Positions 32,867 through 47,499 of a stretch of DNA of 64,000 nt are shown piece after piece; the stretch's first letter is position 1; each line of letters begins with the position of its first letter. This DNA comes from the human T2T-CHM13v2.0 reference genome, Homo sapiens. Below the pieces are notes generated by a model. The model worked only from the letters and a program-made list of their open reading frames with translations, did no database searches and was not told the origin of the DNA. Location of the stretch: assembly GCF_009914755.1 (NCBI RefSeq), contig NC_060930.1; one strand, given 5' to 3'. The translations under genes were made by a program, and so were the position numbers.

Positions 32867-33509
32867 TTAAGGGCTATTTTAATGTAATTCCCATCATTTT
32901 CATCATTCTTTTGTGATTCATATTATTTACCATGGAAGACTTCTATTTAAATCAAAAGGATTAACTGGGAGGGTTACATTGATAACAAATAACTAGCTAT
33001 CACAAATAGAAATTTGTGAAGGGATGGAATGTGAGAAAATTAGCTTTGATTATGAAAAATGAAAGAGAAAAGCCTAATGTAGAATTCGCAGCTAAGTGGG
33101 GGCAACCCATGCCAATCATTTCAAAGGCTGGTCACACCCGAGGCGTGACTAACCCAGCAGCAGATGGAACCTGGATTCTACATTTCACCATGCTTGGAGT
33201 GGGCTTGGGGCTCCATGACCCACAATTTTCCCACTGCATTTCCCAGGCCAAATGCCTCAGGTTCTGTCTTATTCCGGAATCCTGTTCATGATTAGAATCA
33301 TGCTCAAGAGCTAAAATCTTCTTCTGAACTTAAGCCCCACTGACGGAAGCACTGAATATGCCTAACTCTTACAGTTTCCCTCCCTGCCTGGAAGTGGGCT
33401 CTATACCAAGCCAGGTGGTCCAGAGCCACTCTTCTGCCCACATCCTATCCTCATCCTCATCTTAAATGTAGCCAACAAGAGGAAAAACATCCATTCTGGT
33501 TTTGGCTAC

Positions 33510-33980
33510 TGGTAGTAGGCAGCGGTCTAAGGTAGCTCTTGAGTGTCTCACTCCCTGATCTGTGTATCTGCCTTCTATGAGCAGCATCTGTGACTATGAA
33601 GAATGCCACCCGTGTGATTAGGTTACACTATAGGGCCAAGGAGAGGGGGGTTTTCAGACATACGTCAAGTCTGTAATCGGCTGGCTTGTTCAGCAAAAGG
33701 GAGATTATCCCCGGCGGGCCTGAACTACTAAAAAGAAGTGTGTAAGTGAGCTCCATGAAACGGGGTCTCAAGTTCAGAGACATGAAGTGACAGAGACTTC
33801 ACGTTCCTGCTAGGCTTGAAGAAGCAAGTCATCGTAAGTTCTACAGCTGCAAGAAAGTGAACTTCTCCGAAAAGGACACGGAGCCCTCACCGAGGCCCCC
33901 ACCAACCCCTTATTGTAGCCTCATGAGCCCCTAAGCAGAGGACCCATTAAACCAAGCCCACAAACATGGAAATGGTGAAA
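33510..33980 (+). mobile_element. MLT1 (E/F/G-like) LTR
   Basis: gtgattaggttacacta...gggagattatcc...ctacagctgcaagaaagtgaac...ctaagcagaggaccca. Confidence 0.7.
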
Positions 33981-33987
33981 CACTCAC

Positions 33988-34094
33988 ATTTTTCTACCAT
34001 GATACCATTTATAAACATCGGATACATTTATCATTCCAAGGATTCTTGCCATTTGCAGATACCTATGCTTGGCTGCTGAGGAAGGCTGAAGCCC
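33988..34094 (-). pseudogene. Pseudo-exon E10
   Basis: tttctttgtcctcaag| ... T|GTGAGT. The phase-compatible frame reads GFSLPQQPSIGICKWQESLE**MYPMFINGIMVEK (2>1). Confidence 0.75.
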
Positions 34095-34277
34095 CTTGAG
34101 GACAAAGAAACATGAGCTTGTTGTCATTTGATCAAACGGGCTCTTGAAGCTTAGGTCAGCAGTACCATTGTGAAGTCTGTTTTTCACTTTAAGGCCATGT
34201 GAGACAAAGAGATTTGTTGTGGTCTGTAGGGTTTTACTACAACATAGGATGTGGAATATGGCAAAAGTGTAGTTTCC

Positions 34278-34980
34278 TACACATGGGTTTCCTAGGATGG
34301 CAGTAATCAAGTACCACAAACTAGGGGTTTAAACAACAGAAATGCACTGTCTCACAGCTCTGGAGGCCAGACCCTGAAATCAAGGCATCGGCAGGGCTGG
34401 TTCCTTCTGAGGGCTGGGAGAGAAGGACCTGCTCCAGGGTGCTCTCCTTCCTTGTAGATATCCACCTTCCCCTTGTGCCTGCACATCGTCCTGCCTCTGT
34501 GCTTGTCTGTCTCACTTTTTTTCCCCTTTTTCTAAGGACACTTATCATATTGGATTAAGGCCCAGCCTAATGACCACACTTTCACTTGATTACCACTGTA
34601 AAGACCTGATCTCTCCAAATAAGGTCACATTCCCAGGTGCTTCAAAATAGGTGTTTTTTTTTAGCCAGGCATAGTGGCTCATGCCTGTAATCCCAGCACT
34701 TTGGGAGACTGAGGCAGGTGGATCACTTGAGCTCAGCAGTTCGAGACCATGGCCAACATGATGAAAACCCGTCTCTACTGAAAATACAAAAATTAGCCGG
34801 GCATGATGGCAGGTACCTGTAATCCCAGCTACTTAGGAGGCTGAGGCAGGAGAATTACTTGAACCTGGGAGATGGAGGTTGCAGTGAGCCGAGATAACTC
34901 TAGCCTCAGCCAACAGAGCGAGACACTGTCTCAAAAAAAAAAAAAAGATTTTTTGAAGAACACAATTCACTCCATAACGC
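34278..34980 (-). mobile_element. MLT1C-like LTR interrupted by an AluS (34663-34946)
   Basis: aagtaccacaaactagg...aaacaacagaaat...ccaaataaggtcacattc...acaattcactccataac. Confidence 0.85.
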
Positions 34981-36446
34981 CCATAAAAGAGGAAGGAGAG
35001 AGCATCCAAGGACTAGGTACCTTACTGGAGGGCAGATAGCCAGCTGCCTCTGCTGTGGCAGCAAGACACCAAGGTGACCCTCCCAATTTCAATAGCCGTG
35101 GGATCATCAAGGGCAGGAGAAAGGGAAAGGAAGAACCTTGAATGTGACTGCATATCTAAGTCCCTAAATTGAAACAGAATGACCTACCTGGAAGTAAGAG
35201 TATGATTTTTTTCTTTCCTTCTGAGAGTGGAAATGAGGGCTTGTGAGAAAGTTGAAAAATAGAGAAAGTTTCATTTCAGCTTATCTGAGTTGTGCTGCAT
35301 GAATATTTTTATTCGCCTCCTATGTCCTGAGCATGAGAATTGAGCACCAGAGGAAGAATCCAAGACTCCTTCACTTTATCCCCAGTCCACAGACCGACCA
35401 TTGTCCTCAGCAATAGGCTGACTGTCATTCCCTCTCATTTTGCATGCAGGGATTGTACACGCTGAAAAACTCCCTTCTGTCTAACCTCCCCTGCAGCAGG
35501 TCAAGTATAGTTGTTTGCTTTAATATAAGATATCTGTTGTACTAAGACTTCATTGAATAAGTTTCTTAAACAGACGAGCAAGTCATTTTTCCACTCTTGA
35601 GTGGCCTCTTAGTGAGTTAATCATTTTGTGGAAATACAAATAAATCTAACACAAAATATCAGAATTTTTTCCTTCTTAATAGAATTTAAATTCTTTGATT
35701 TAAAACATCATAATTTATTCCTTGTTAGATTTTTCAAATAATATATTCAAATGTCCATGTTAAATGTCAGATTAAGAGACAATGATTTTTATGAGTAATT
35801 TTTTATCACCAAAAGTTAATTGCCTCATGTATATTTCTCCACTGAGTTAGTAATATTATGACAATATTAATGCCGTAGATTTTCAAGCTAAAACAGATCT
35901 ATTTTTCAAATGGAAAATTAATTCTAAAAAAATGAAAGTACTAATTTAAATCATTAATGGCAATTTCCTCTTTGCAGACTGCCTTGAACTTTTCCAGTTC
36001 TGCCCTAACAGTCCAGGAGAAGGAAAATACAAATTTTCTGGCATGGAAATAACATAAGAAGGAGCTGCAAGTTTCTTGGCAAAGACATTGACAACTTTTC
36101 AGGATAATCACAAAAGGGATAGGATAACTCTAAAAATGAACATAATGCTAGTCTGAGCCAGTTAAGTGCTCACTTTCATAGCTTCTGGTAGAAAGAGCAT
36201 TCATGGAATTAAATATTAAATATGTTCTCCGAAGTTCTGAGATAGTAGGATAACTGTGTGTACTTATAAGAAAGGAGCGATGTCATGGGTGATTTTCCTA
36301 AACATAGCAGAGAATCAGGAAAACAGCCAAGCATTTGCTGAGACGGAGGCACATAAAACATGAATCTGAGAATCCCAAGGGTAGAAGGGAGAAATGTGGA
36401 GGGTTATCATCATAAATCATGTTAGAAACTAGGGCAAGAAACTCAT

Positions 36447-36616
36447 GGTGACCTCTGGACACTAAAATGCAGCTGGTCATAATTAAGCTTCAGGCTTTGC
36501 TCTTCCTGGGCCAGTTCATTGGCATCGTCTACTGCCAGGCCTCGTACCAGTCTACAGAAGCGATTGCCTGGAACAAGCCTCTTGATGTTATTCACACTTA
36601 TGAACCAACTCTGGTA
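36447..36616 (-). pseudogene. Pseudo-exon E9
   Basis: ctttttgcatctag| acceptor; 56 open codons YQSWFISVNNIKRLVPGNRFCRLVRGLAVDDANELAQEEQSLKLNYDQLHFSVQRS. Donor ATGAGT (+1 G>A); phase 0>2. Confidence 0.75.
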
Positions 36617-37186
36617 CTAGATGCAAAAAGCATGTCACAAGAGGGATGGGTGGGATGGGGGGGAAGGGACATCGCAGGAATCATGCCACTTTCCAGCCCC
36701 ACCACCCTCTGGTGCCACGTCCACCCTTGATCACTATTACCAACCCAGTATCCCTCCAGCACTTCACGGGAGGGTGTCAGGGATCACAAGGAAACACATG
36801 GGACCCACACATTTCGAGATGCCTCACCTCCTGCTCGAAAGTCAGGTGAAGAAGGATTCTTGAGCCAAACATGAAAGATTTTTTGAGAGCTAAGCTGACA
36901 GGAGAATTTCCCGTAAAAAGATGAAAGCCCTGGCTTTAACAGAGCCCCTTTTCATTTTTACCTTTAAAAAGCTTTTCCTTTCATGTTACCCTGAGGTTAT
37001 TCACCGCTACGACAACAATCTCCAAAGACGTTTTCTCCATTATAGAAGAGGAAAAGGTTGGCGTTGGGATTTGGTCAGGAAATGAAGCGTTGAAGACAAA
37101 CAAGATGTTCTAATATAGAGCAAACCTGATGAGTCATTTTCTAAGTGAGCAGCCACTTCCAGATACAATTCATAGTATCTTCCTAG

Positions 37187-37508
<322 letters not shown>

Positions 37509-39067
37509 TCTTCCAAGTTATTCTGTCATTTGGCACTGATCCGTCTTTCAAAGACATTCAATTAATCACCAGAGATGCAACACCATAAAGGAGCAGAATA
37601 TTTCAATATATTACCTGATATATTTTCTTTCGTCATTACTCTTTTGTACCCTGTAGCTTTCTACCTTAAAGGCTCCACCTACAGGCAGAGGCTCATTGCC
37701 TTAGAGAAGGAGAGACTTAAAAAAAATCCCAGGCAAACAGAGGGTCAAGTAACCAGACTTGGAATTGCACAGATGTTGGTGAATCTACAGCAGCCACAAT
37801 GGTCCAGGATAGAATCTACTCCATGGAAGCTTCAAAGTGGGAAGAGCCGAGGATGACCTAGAGCCCATAAGAAGATAAGTCTGAATCAGCTGGAGGAAGG
37901 TGGATACCCACAGGATGTGTGATGGGGTCTGGATGAGAGCAGCTGGGTGAGAAGCAGCACCACTGCCTTCCTTAGACCCACCAGGATCAGTTCTTTCGGT
38001 AGTGATGGAGATGGGGAGGGGGAAATAAAAACCCCCAGATCTCTTTGATTAGGTGAAAGTAAAGCAACCAATGGAATGCCCTAATTCTTTCTGGGATCTC
38101 CTACAGCACACAAAAAAACCTGATTTCCAACACTGGGTAGCAGCAATACTGTAGGTATGGCCCCACAGAGTGTCTATGCACAGAGTCCTGTGGTCGCTGG
38201 GGACCCAAGGGGTGCAGTAAATACCTCATGAAGGGCAAGGAGGAGGTCAAAGAGACTTTCTGAGAATAACAGTATTTCCAAAGGGTGCTGGCTCAAAAAA
38301 TGAAAATATGTAAGCCAGATGTTTAGCATCCTGGGTAAGATATTAACAAGCTTCAACATCAGATGTAAAGGGAAGGAAAAGAAAATTGATTCCACAACAT
38401 CCCCAGTTTCACTTCAGTAGAGGCCAATAAGACAGAAGCCAACAGGAAATTAGACTTCCCTTCTTCAGGCAGAACAGTGGTGAGGCCCTATGGCCTGATC
38501 ATCCCCAGGAAAAGGATGAAAGGATAAGAAGAGGGAAAGAACCCGAATGGGAAAGAGTATTTCTCAAAGGGGCCCAAGTTTTAATTTATAAGATTAAAAG
38601 AATGAGGGTTAAAATGTAAACAAAGCCACCAAAATATAGAAAACACAGATTTGGAATTCTAAATCCATGTACTCCATTCATGGAGGAGGTGGAAACTTGC
38701 TGAGTTCTCGGACCACTCAGCCAGTTCACAGACATAAAAGGAGACCCAGCGGAGAGGGAGTGGGTGAGTGGGAGATCACCGCCCTGGAGAGGGCAGCTGT
38801 CCCATTGGGGGGCCCCACCTCCACTTTTTCGAGTGCTCTTCCTCCACCTCAAGCCCGGTGGAAGCCAGGGGATGACTCAGAGATGGGGACACAGAGGGCT
38901 CTCCTCCCAGCCTGAAGAGCTAGAGCAGGCTGTCAGGAGGAATGTGAATACAGTGGGTGGACCTGTACTCCAGGGCTGTGGGAAAGACTGGGGTTCCCCA
39001 AGGACCAGATGTGGGCAGGTGGAGAGACAGAAAGAGAGAGAGACAGAGGAAGAAGGGAGACAGAGAG

Positions 39068-39223
39068 TGCCCGCCACCGCACCCGGCTAATTTTTTGTAT
39101 TTTTAGTAGAGATGGGGTTTCACCGTGTTAGCCAGGATGGTCTCGATCTCCTGACATTGTGATCCGTCCGCCTCGGCCTCCGAAAGTGCTGGGATTACAG
39201 GCATGAGCCACTATTCCCGGCTG
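39068..39223 (-). mobile_element. AluY-like left arm only
   Basis: caccgtgttagccaggatggtctcgatctcctgac. Confidence 0.9.
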
Positions 39224-42200
39224 GGAGAAGTCTTAGGGCTTAGACATGAGGGCCACCTGGAGGGTGGCAGGACCCTGGAAACAAGAAGCCAAAGTCAAGT
39301 CTTTAGGGCAGCAGGAGAGATCAGAAGGGGCCATGCAACCCGGCTGAATAGAGAGGCATCATATTGGGAGGCAGGAGAGATGCAGAAAAGAGGTTTCCAG
39401 CGGTGCAAATGTACTAAGAGTTCATGAAAGCCCCCGGTGCTGAGGAATCAGCTGGAACCCTTGGCCAGGCTCCAAGTACCCGAGCCAAAAGCTCTGTTTC
39501 CTGGCCCCATTCTCCTCCTTCCTACACCCTTTCAAGCTTCCTCAAACTTCTTCAGAGCTTGGCCTGAGAGAGAGAAGGAGGTGAACAGAGAGAGAGGAGA
39601 GAGACAGAGAGAGAGAGAGAAGCAGAGACTCTAATTAAACCTCTTCCTCAATGTCAATGTCAGGCAGAGAAGAACCTGTGGCTTGAAATGAGCAAGAAAT
39701 ACAAATTGTGGAATTGATTAATAACTTGCCTGAATACCAGGATTAGTAAATTTAGACTTTGTTCACTACTTCAACTGCCCACAGGACTGAGTAAAACAAA
39801 AATCACAGACCCTGCTGAAACTGCAGGAATGATTTAACTCCTGCACACGATTTAATTGGGCAACTGGAAAAGGAAATACAACCTTTTGTTCTGACGTTAT
39901 TAAAGATGTGCTTGCTCAGCATCATTATTGTATTAAGTTTTCTGCTGAAGAAGATTAAGAAGAGAATAAGAATAGAATAAGAGTAAAAAAAAAGAGAAAT
40001 ACAATACAATAAAAACATAAAAGAAAAGAATAGAAAAAAGAGTAAGAAAAGGAAAAGAGGGATGTAAGTAATGCAGATTCAGGTGTAAGCACAAACTAAG
40101 TTCCATCTAGAGACTACTGAAATACTGCACTCACTTTGATAACCCAGAAAACACAGGACAAGATCTGAACGAGACCTGGATCTGGGTTGTGCTTCCTCGA
40201 TCACTAACCCTAGTAACCATACTTATTAGCTAAAACCTCTGCCTCTAGCTTTTCATTTGGAACATACATTTAATATACAGCCCTACATAAGTTCAGCCAA
40301 TATGCAGCTCAACAATATATTAACTAGGCAAGTTGTATTTCAGAATCTGTGTGAGAAGCGGCATGCACGCAGCCTCCCAGCATTCGCTGGTGCTGGGGCT
40401 TGTGCGTGACAACATCAGGGAGCTCTTCCAAATGCTGGTCGCTCGGTACCCATATGGAGGCTTTCTTCCTCTAGATTGCCAAGCTTTCTTACCAGAGGAA
40501 GATTTAGGCTGTGTCCACTTAGGGCCAAAATAATGAATCAGTTCAGTTGTTATGTGTGCACCATTTATACTGGGGTTTGACAGAATTTTAAACTTTTTAC
40601 TCGATTGCCTTGATATCATGGAATTATTGCTATTTATCAGTCTATATTTACACAAAAGGCCTGACATGGCTACACACAGGCCCTGTGGTCTGATACCACG
40701 TAAGGCACCCACAGCATCCCTCGCCAGCTGAGATCGAATTTATTCACACACATGCATCTCCCCTCCAAATGGAACTTATTCTGACTTTAGATCTCCTATT
40801 AGGACTAATGCCATTAACTAATTGTCCAATAATTTCAGCAAAATTCAAAGTATAAAACGGAAGTATTACCTGGCCCCACTACAGGAGTTGTGGGAACCTC
40901 ACTGGCAATCAGATTTTTCCTGTCTGTCTTCTCTTGCTCTTCACTTCCCAGGAAAGCAGGCAGATCCACTAACTTCATAATTCTAGAGCAAAGTGGGGCC
41001 TTACACACAAGCCTACGCTTGCCCTTGGAGTTTATTTTGACTTCTGCATAGGTGGCTGCCACTGCAGTTGTCAGAATCTGAAATTCAGGAGATGCCCCTT
41101 GACAGGCAGGGACACCATCTGATGGCAGTGTGACAAGGAGCATTGTTAATACAGGAAGGGCTTTCTAATTGAGAGTGGATACCCATGCAGAAATTTTCGG
41201 ATGTTCCCAAGGCCACTACAAAGAAACATGAAATAAAAAGATATATCCCATGAAACTACAATTTTGGAAAAGTAAAAATAATTACAGCAAGTTTGTATCT
41301 GGGATTTGTTCATTTTAAATAAAATTTAAAAACAAAAACAAAGCAAAAGAGAACAAGGAGGGGAGAGGGACAGTAAATGGGTAAAAAGAAGGAAAAGATG
41401 GAGGAGAAAGACCAAGAGCTGTCAAGGCCCACAGTCGCCTTAAAACAGAATGTGCCCATCCCCCCACCCCCTTCTATGCCCCCCACCCCCTTCTATGCCA
41501 GCGCCCAGTACCTCACTCCCTATCTGCGCTGCCTCCCAGCCAGGGGCCTTGACAAGCCCACACTCTCCAGGAAGGGTATGAGCACAGCCTCTACTGCAGG
41601 AGAGGATGGAGACAAGCTCTGTTCTTCTTGCTTTTATGTGAGTCTGATACTCATATCACTCATCTCCTTTCTGAGCATTGCAGGCTTTAAGGACCCTCTG
41701 GCTGGCTCCTTAACCCAGCTTCTGAAATCCCCCGGAGCTGCCTGACTTCCCACTCTGGACCCTAAGTAAACATTTACAGAAGCAGTGGATGCCGCTTATT
41801 TCTTACTCCACAACTATCTATCCATTCTTTTGCCAACCAAATTATTATGTGCCAATCACATTGAGGTAAAGCAAAAATGAACGCACTTTAAAAACATTAA
41901 AATGTGCTCAGATTGCAAATGTATACAGCTATTATACCCAGCAGGAAAAAAGCCAATTAATTTACGTATTTAAGAAAATTTTCTTACTTGAGGACAAAAA
42001 TTAAAAAGGGGAAGGAAACTCATGTTGAATTTCACTTAGAAAAGTCAAAGTGAAAATAATCAGAATGTCTTCAGCTACCCAAGGATTTACTGTTAACTAG
42101 AAAAAAGCATCGTTTCCATGCCACCTCAGCTTTCCAAATCTATCATTCTAATCCATTTTTAAAAAAGAATAAAATCTGAAAAATAAAGTACATCTCCAGG

Positions 42201-42512
42201 CCTCTCATATTGCAAATGACGTGTCCAATCATACTTCTACAAGGAAAAAATTAATGGCAAAGGGGGCCAAGAGTTAACTGCTGGAATGGTTAACTAGAAA
42301 AGGCCCAGTCGAAATTAATCCCCATGATTTCATGTGAATTTCAAGCCATAGCTTAATCCTACATGTCAGTACAACAGGAACTGCTTAGCTCTGCTAATCA
42401 GATTCTAGAATTTTTCTTTTCTTTTTTTTTTTTTTTTTGTAAGCATCTTAGTTTCGCAAAGGCAGCTGGCTGTGATGGTATTGGTCACTCTGCTGAAGAA
42501 TATACATGGGAC

Positions 42513-42673
42513 CTAAAATAGCTCTGGGTCCTTTTCAACTGTGGCAGTTTCATCAATGGCATCCGTTACAAGATCCTGGTAGTAATATTGATATATCAAA
42601 GTACCAATTAAACCATCTGCACAAGGGTATCCATCCACCTGTGTCTGATACCATGTAAGGCATTCTTTCACAT
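42513..42673 (-). pseudogene. Pseudo-exon E8
   Basis: Strong acceptor ttttttccttctttgtgccag-like tract. VKECLTWYQTQVDGYPCADGLIGTLIYQYYYQDLVTDAIDETATVEKDPELF* followed by a weak GT; phase 1>0. Confidence 0.75.
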
Positions 42674-43419
42674 CTGGCACAAAGAAGGAAAAAAGGCACA
42701 ATTCTACAAGATTGGATTTTGAAAGAACTTCTGTTTGAAGAGTGAAAAGAATAGATGTGACATGAATGGACAGATGAATTAGGAGGCATACAGTGTAATA
42801 ACACAAAGAAATTATTGTGGGTTCATATCTAAACTCCATCAGAAAATATATTCATATATTCTGTAACATGAACACATTTAATCTATAGTGGTTGTTCTCA
42901 GAGTAACAGAAAAAAAATATTCTTATTATTAAGTTCACTTTCAGAAAAATATAATTAAAAACCACATAGGACAAGGAGAGACAAAGAATAAATTTCCTTG
43001 AATCATCTAAAAATAAATGTATCAATATAGCAACATACCACTGTGGGCTCTTCATCCTTCCTGCTTCATTAATTACAGTCCAGTGACACCTCCATGCCCA
43101 GTCCTAGCTAAAAATCATACTCTCAACACTAAATATTAAGTCTCAGATTCTGACAAGTATGTTCATGTCAGTAGTTACAACAAGCAAAATATGTGAAATC
43201 AGGATTATAGCTGTGGGTGCTAGAAGTGGATTCTCTGTCCTATTATTCTCCATTTTCACACAACTACACATCCATCCATCTTCCATCTTTCCGATTCTGT
43301 TCTGTGCCCTCAGAGGTTGACACCCACAGGCCAAATCACTTGGGCTCCCTTGTCCTGCAACCTCCAGTTGGGTTTTGACAAGGGGAGGTACCAGGAGGTC
43401 AATGGGTACAGACGGAGGG

Positions 43420-43443
43420 GAGAGAGAGAGAGAGAGAGAGAGA
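43420..43443. repeat. (GA)n microsatellite within an old LTR-like stretch (~43190-43740)
   Basis: Directly visible; LTR family not resolved. Confidence 0.8.
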
Positions 43444-45220
43444 AATTGAGTGGGGCTTCCCTCCATCCTTCCTGGCCCTGCTTGCTTGAAATCTCTGGTT
43501 CCGGTGGGGACTGCAACCCTCTAGGATTTACCATCCACCAGATGTCCCTTCTGCTAGGGCTCCAATTCTCATTAGCTCTGGGAACAGCATTTATTCCTCT
43601 TGTCCCTAAAGACCTAACAATAGTAACAGCTTCGCACTATGAATAGTTCAGGTGTCTTGACATCCTTCTTTGTTTTTTTTAAAACTGTTTTCTTCAGCCT
43701 CCTATCTGAGGGTACTGTTTTCTTCTGGAATCTGAACTGACACACCCTGGAATTACAGGGTTATGTTTCCCTGAAGGGAAGGGTGACAATAGGAAGTACT
43801 AATGAAGATATTTCCCCCTCAGGATGACATATGCTCTCTAATTTAGTGACTCTCCCACCCCCCCACCACCCCCCACCCCCCAACCCCATGAGGTCAGCAT
43901 GGAGGCACCAGAGGACATATTTACAATTCTTGGCCTTCACCTTGATGAAAGCAGCAATCTTGGGGAGAGGGAGAATGGTAAGGAAAAACTGCCGAGGTGC
44001 AAGCTGTTTCTTGACCCTGTGCCCATCCTGAGCTGTATAAGATTCTCAGAGCACAGGAAAAGAAAGCCAGAGCCAGGGCTGAGCCAGGTGGAGGAGGGGA
44101 GGGCTGGAAGCCTGGACCTCTGGGAGGTGCTGCCCCGCCATGTGCCCTGAGGGCCTTGATGTGGGAGCAGAAGAGATGGCCTGGTGTGTCCAAGACAGTG
44201 AGGGCCTGGTTCCAGCCCCCGCTCTTCCAGGAGCTAAAAAGAGCCTCCACATCCTACTGCACTGAAAAGAGGAGTTGGCCTTGCTGAAGGGAGGATGGCC
44301 CACAGGGGCTCACAGGGTCAGGGCAAAGGGTTGCTCTTGGGGAAAGCTGCAAGGAGGTGTGAACTGGAGGCAGAGCTGCTGGAACACATCTCAGATGCCA
44401 ACCTTAACAGTGAAGACGCATCAGGCATCTCAGCCCCTTCGGGCAGACAGAGACACTGTGCTGGATGGTGGGACGCTGCCCATGACACGGCTCACTGTGA
44501 GCTCCCGACTTAGATTCAATGCCAGAAACAGGGGCAGAGAGGCCAATGGCTGAATAGAGGAGACTTCCAATCTGAAACGCTTGAGTGTCTCTCCCGGTGG
44601 GTAAGATTCTGGTTTTTACCCTTAGGTGGAAGGTGGAATGGGCACACTAGAACACTATTCTTTTCTCCCTCTTTGTGAGCAGCTTCTTCGATAAAAACAG
44701 TCTATTTTTTTCCCAGGTGCACCCAAGTGTTCAGTGGCTTCAGTGAATAAAGTCACTGGAAGATATGGGGCTCATTTCTATTTAATTAGATATAACTTTT
44801 CATTATCATTATTGTGAACTTGGCTTTAAATTATGCAAATATATATAAACTATACATTATCACTTCCCTTTATTTAATCCTTTATATATATATGTATTTA
44901 TTCCTTTAAATAAATATATACATATATTTATTCCTTTATATATATGTGTGTCTATAGGTCTGTGTTTTCATGGCCATACAGTGGGCTGCAGGCCACTTTG
45001 CAGGAATTCTTCCTACCTACCACACTTACTGCTTAGCACACAGGTGTTCAAAAGACATCTGTAACAAATAACTAATTACACATAATTGTAAAGTAAAGTA
45101 AAGCTAGACCAAAATGACATAAAATCTGAATCAATGTTTCCATGCAGAAAATCCTAGCTTTCACTACAGCTTTATTCATTTCATACTTATATAAAATACT
45201 CATGGTATTTTTCCACATAC

Positions 45221-45370
45221 TTAGTGCTGAGTTACACTCATGTTTGCTTTCCATTCTCTGCTGTCTTTTTTTAATAATACAGAAATTTTCATACAAAAAT
45301 GTACTGAACACGTGTAGTAGCATTATAGAATCAGAGCAGTAGCTGCAAATGATTTATGAAACTATCTACT
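45221..45370 (-). pseudogene. Pseudo-exon E7
   Basis: ttgtattatccag| ... A|GTATGT. VDSFINHLQLLL*FYNATTRVQYIFV*.../RQQRMESKHECNSAL; ends in phase 1, matching E8. Confidence 0.55.
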
Positions 45371-45699
45371 CTGGATAATACAACAGTGCTATACATACAC
45401 AATTACTTCATAAAATATGGAATACAAACATGAATAGGAATGCCTATGACATTCAATGTGTTTTGTCGGCCTTTAAAAACTTATTTCTGAACACAGTGGC
45501 TTTTCTTCTTCTTTAAAAAAAAACACACATTCTATCAGAATCCATCTAAACTATTTCAGAGATGTGAAAAGCTGTCATATTTGCAAAGACCAACAGAGAA
45601 AAAGGTATTACAGTTATCCATTCCACCTCTTGATGCCAGTTAAATATCTTTGGGAGCTCATTTAGGTTTCTAAAAGAGAAGATCATGCAAAATGCTTAT

Positions 45700-45844
45700 T
45701 TTAGGTCTCCTTAATGGAGACTGAAGAATGTTATGCAGCTCTCTGCGTTTTTTTTTTCTTTTTATGTCTAAATTATTTGACTTCTTTAAACCTTTCACCT
45801 GGATACTTTTCAAGTTTTCCACATGCATCTTTAATAGAGGAGGC
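45700..45844 (-). pseudogene. Pseudo-exon E6
   Basis: tttggttggttccag| acceptor. ASSIKDACGKLEKYPGERFKEVK*FRHKK/NAESCITFFSLH*GDL; donor ATAAGC (+1 G>A); frameshift in an A run. Confidence 0.6.
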
Positions 45845-46666
45845 CTGGAACCAACCAAACATAGATTAGAACACCTCACTTCTCTAAAGTTAACCTTTAT
45901 CGGGCAAGCTCAGTCACTCAAGAAAGAGTCAAGAGCCAGGATGTAGACAAAAGACCACTGAGCTGCCACATCTTCACAGGACCAACTAACAGGCAACAGA
46001 ATTGCACCAAAGCTTGAGGTCTGTAACCTGTACTCAGATCCATCGTAACCCACTTATTCTTTTTGTAGACAACCTACCAACAACCATTAACAACCTTGTC
46101 TTCAACCTATACATTAACAAAATAAAATGCATGTCAGGACACAGATGACAGTACCTAAACACCAATAGCAAACTGGAGCTGATGGTGGAGCTACATCCAC
46201 AGACATGCACTAAAGAAGAATAGATTTTTTTTTAATGGATGCAATCAGAACTCCACAGTTTTATAACTTCTGAAAAAAAGAGATAATATATTTATCTAGT
46301 ACTTCTTATACATGATTTTTATAGAAGAAATCGTTTAATTGTATACACATATATCAACATAAAAAAAAGGCCACAGAAATGCAAAAACTTTTTTAAACCT
46401 TCCAATGACCAGGAAGATATGCACTATGATTTCTCCTTTGTGCATCAAGCGCTTTGGGAGCTAAAGAGGCTTGCCAAAGTAAAGTAGCGCGTCCATGGAA
46501 GAGAGAAGACCAGATTCCAGGCCATTTAACCCCCAAGGCTACTGATCTTTGTAGTATAGTCAAAGACGCAGACTCAGCATTCTTAAACTTCTGATTGCCT
46601 TTCACTCACTTGCCTGCTCTTGCCTCCTAAATATATGTCTGTTCTTAGGAACTGTATTTGGTCTTT

Positions 46667-47050
46667 GTAGTAGTCAGTGAGGGATGCCATAACCAAACAC
46701 TACTGACAGGGCGGCCTAGACAACAGACACTGATTTTCTCGTGGCTCTGCAGATTGCAAGTCCAAAATCAAAGTATCTGGACGTTTGGTTTCTCCTGAGG
46801 CCTCCTGCGTTGGTCTTCAGATATCCATTGTCTTGCTGTGTCCTCACATAGCCTTTTCTCTGTGTTTGTGCTCTCATGGTATTTCTGCCTTTTCTTAAAA
46901 GCATGCCAGACCTATTACATTAGGGCCCAATACTTACAGCCTAGTTTAACATGAATTGCCTTGGTAAAGACCCTATCTCTAAATACAGCCTCACTGGGGA
47001 GGTTAAACTTCAGCAAATAAATTGGCCGGGGGTGGGGGTGCAGAATTCAC
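46667..47050 (-). mobile_element. MLT1A-like LTR
   Basis: gatgccataaccaaacac...acaacagac...aagtccaaaatcaaag...ctatctctaaatacag. Confidence 0.8.
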
Positions 47051-47499
47051 TTTCCCTGAAAGGCATATTTATTCTCAATGCTTCGATTATATCTCCAATA
47101 TGATGTACACCAAACCTGTCTCTTCAGGTCTCAGGTCTTATTTGTGCTACAGTCACAAATGTATTTCCAACTACCTACGCAATATTCTCATTCTGATATC
47201 CTGTTAGACTAAACTTGTATCAAACCAAACTCATTGGCATCCTGGTCAAAGACATTTTCTTTTCTCGTGTCCTTGCATTAATCAATGGTTTGATTTGGTT
47301 TGAACTACTTTTCACTATTCCTGTCTTCCTCATTTCTCCAGCCGATAAGCAAGTCTTACTGATAACTCTGTTCAAAATGTGTTTGCATTTAGTCATTTTA
47401 TCCTCCCCCTCTACCACTTGAGTAAAGGCCTTCATAACCTCACACCTGAAAGAGCACGATAATCATCTACCACCTTGGACCCAAGGTAGATGCTCAACC

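Noticed and set aside
33984-34319. Fully open alternative frame of E10 (GLQPSSAAKHRYLQMARILG...)
   Set aside because: It is phase-incompatible with both neighbouring exons. The frame with two stops fits both, though this needs ortholog confirmation.
40320-40712. 130-aa minus ORF and 66-aa plus ORF in unique sequence
   Set aside because: There are no convincing splice borders, and E8 joins E9 in phase without it.
42513-42673. EGF-like (DVxEC) or CATSPER auxiliary-subunit identity
   Set aside because: The Cys spacing is not EGF-like, and I recall no sustained similarity to CATSPERB/G/E.
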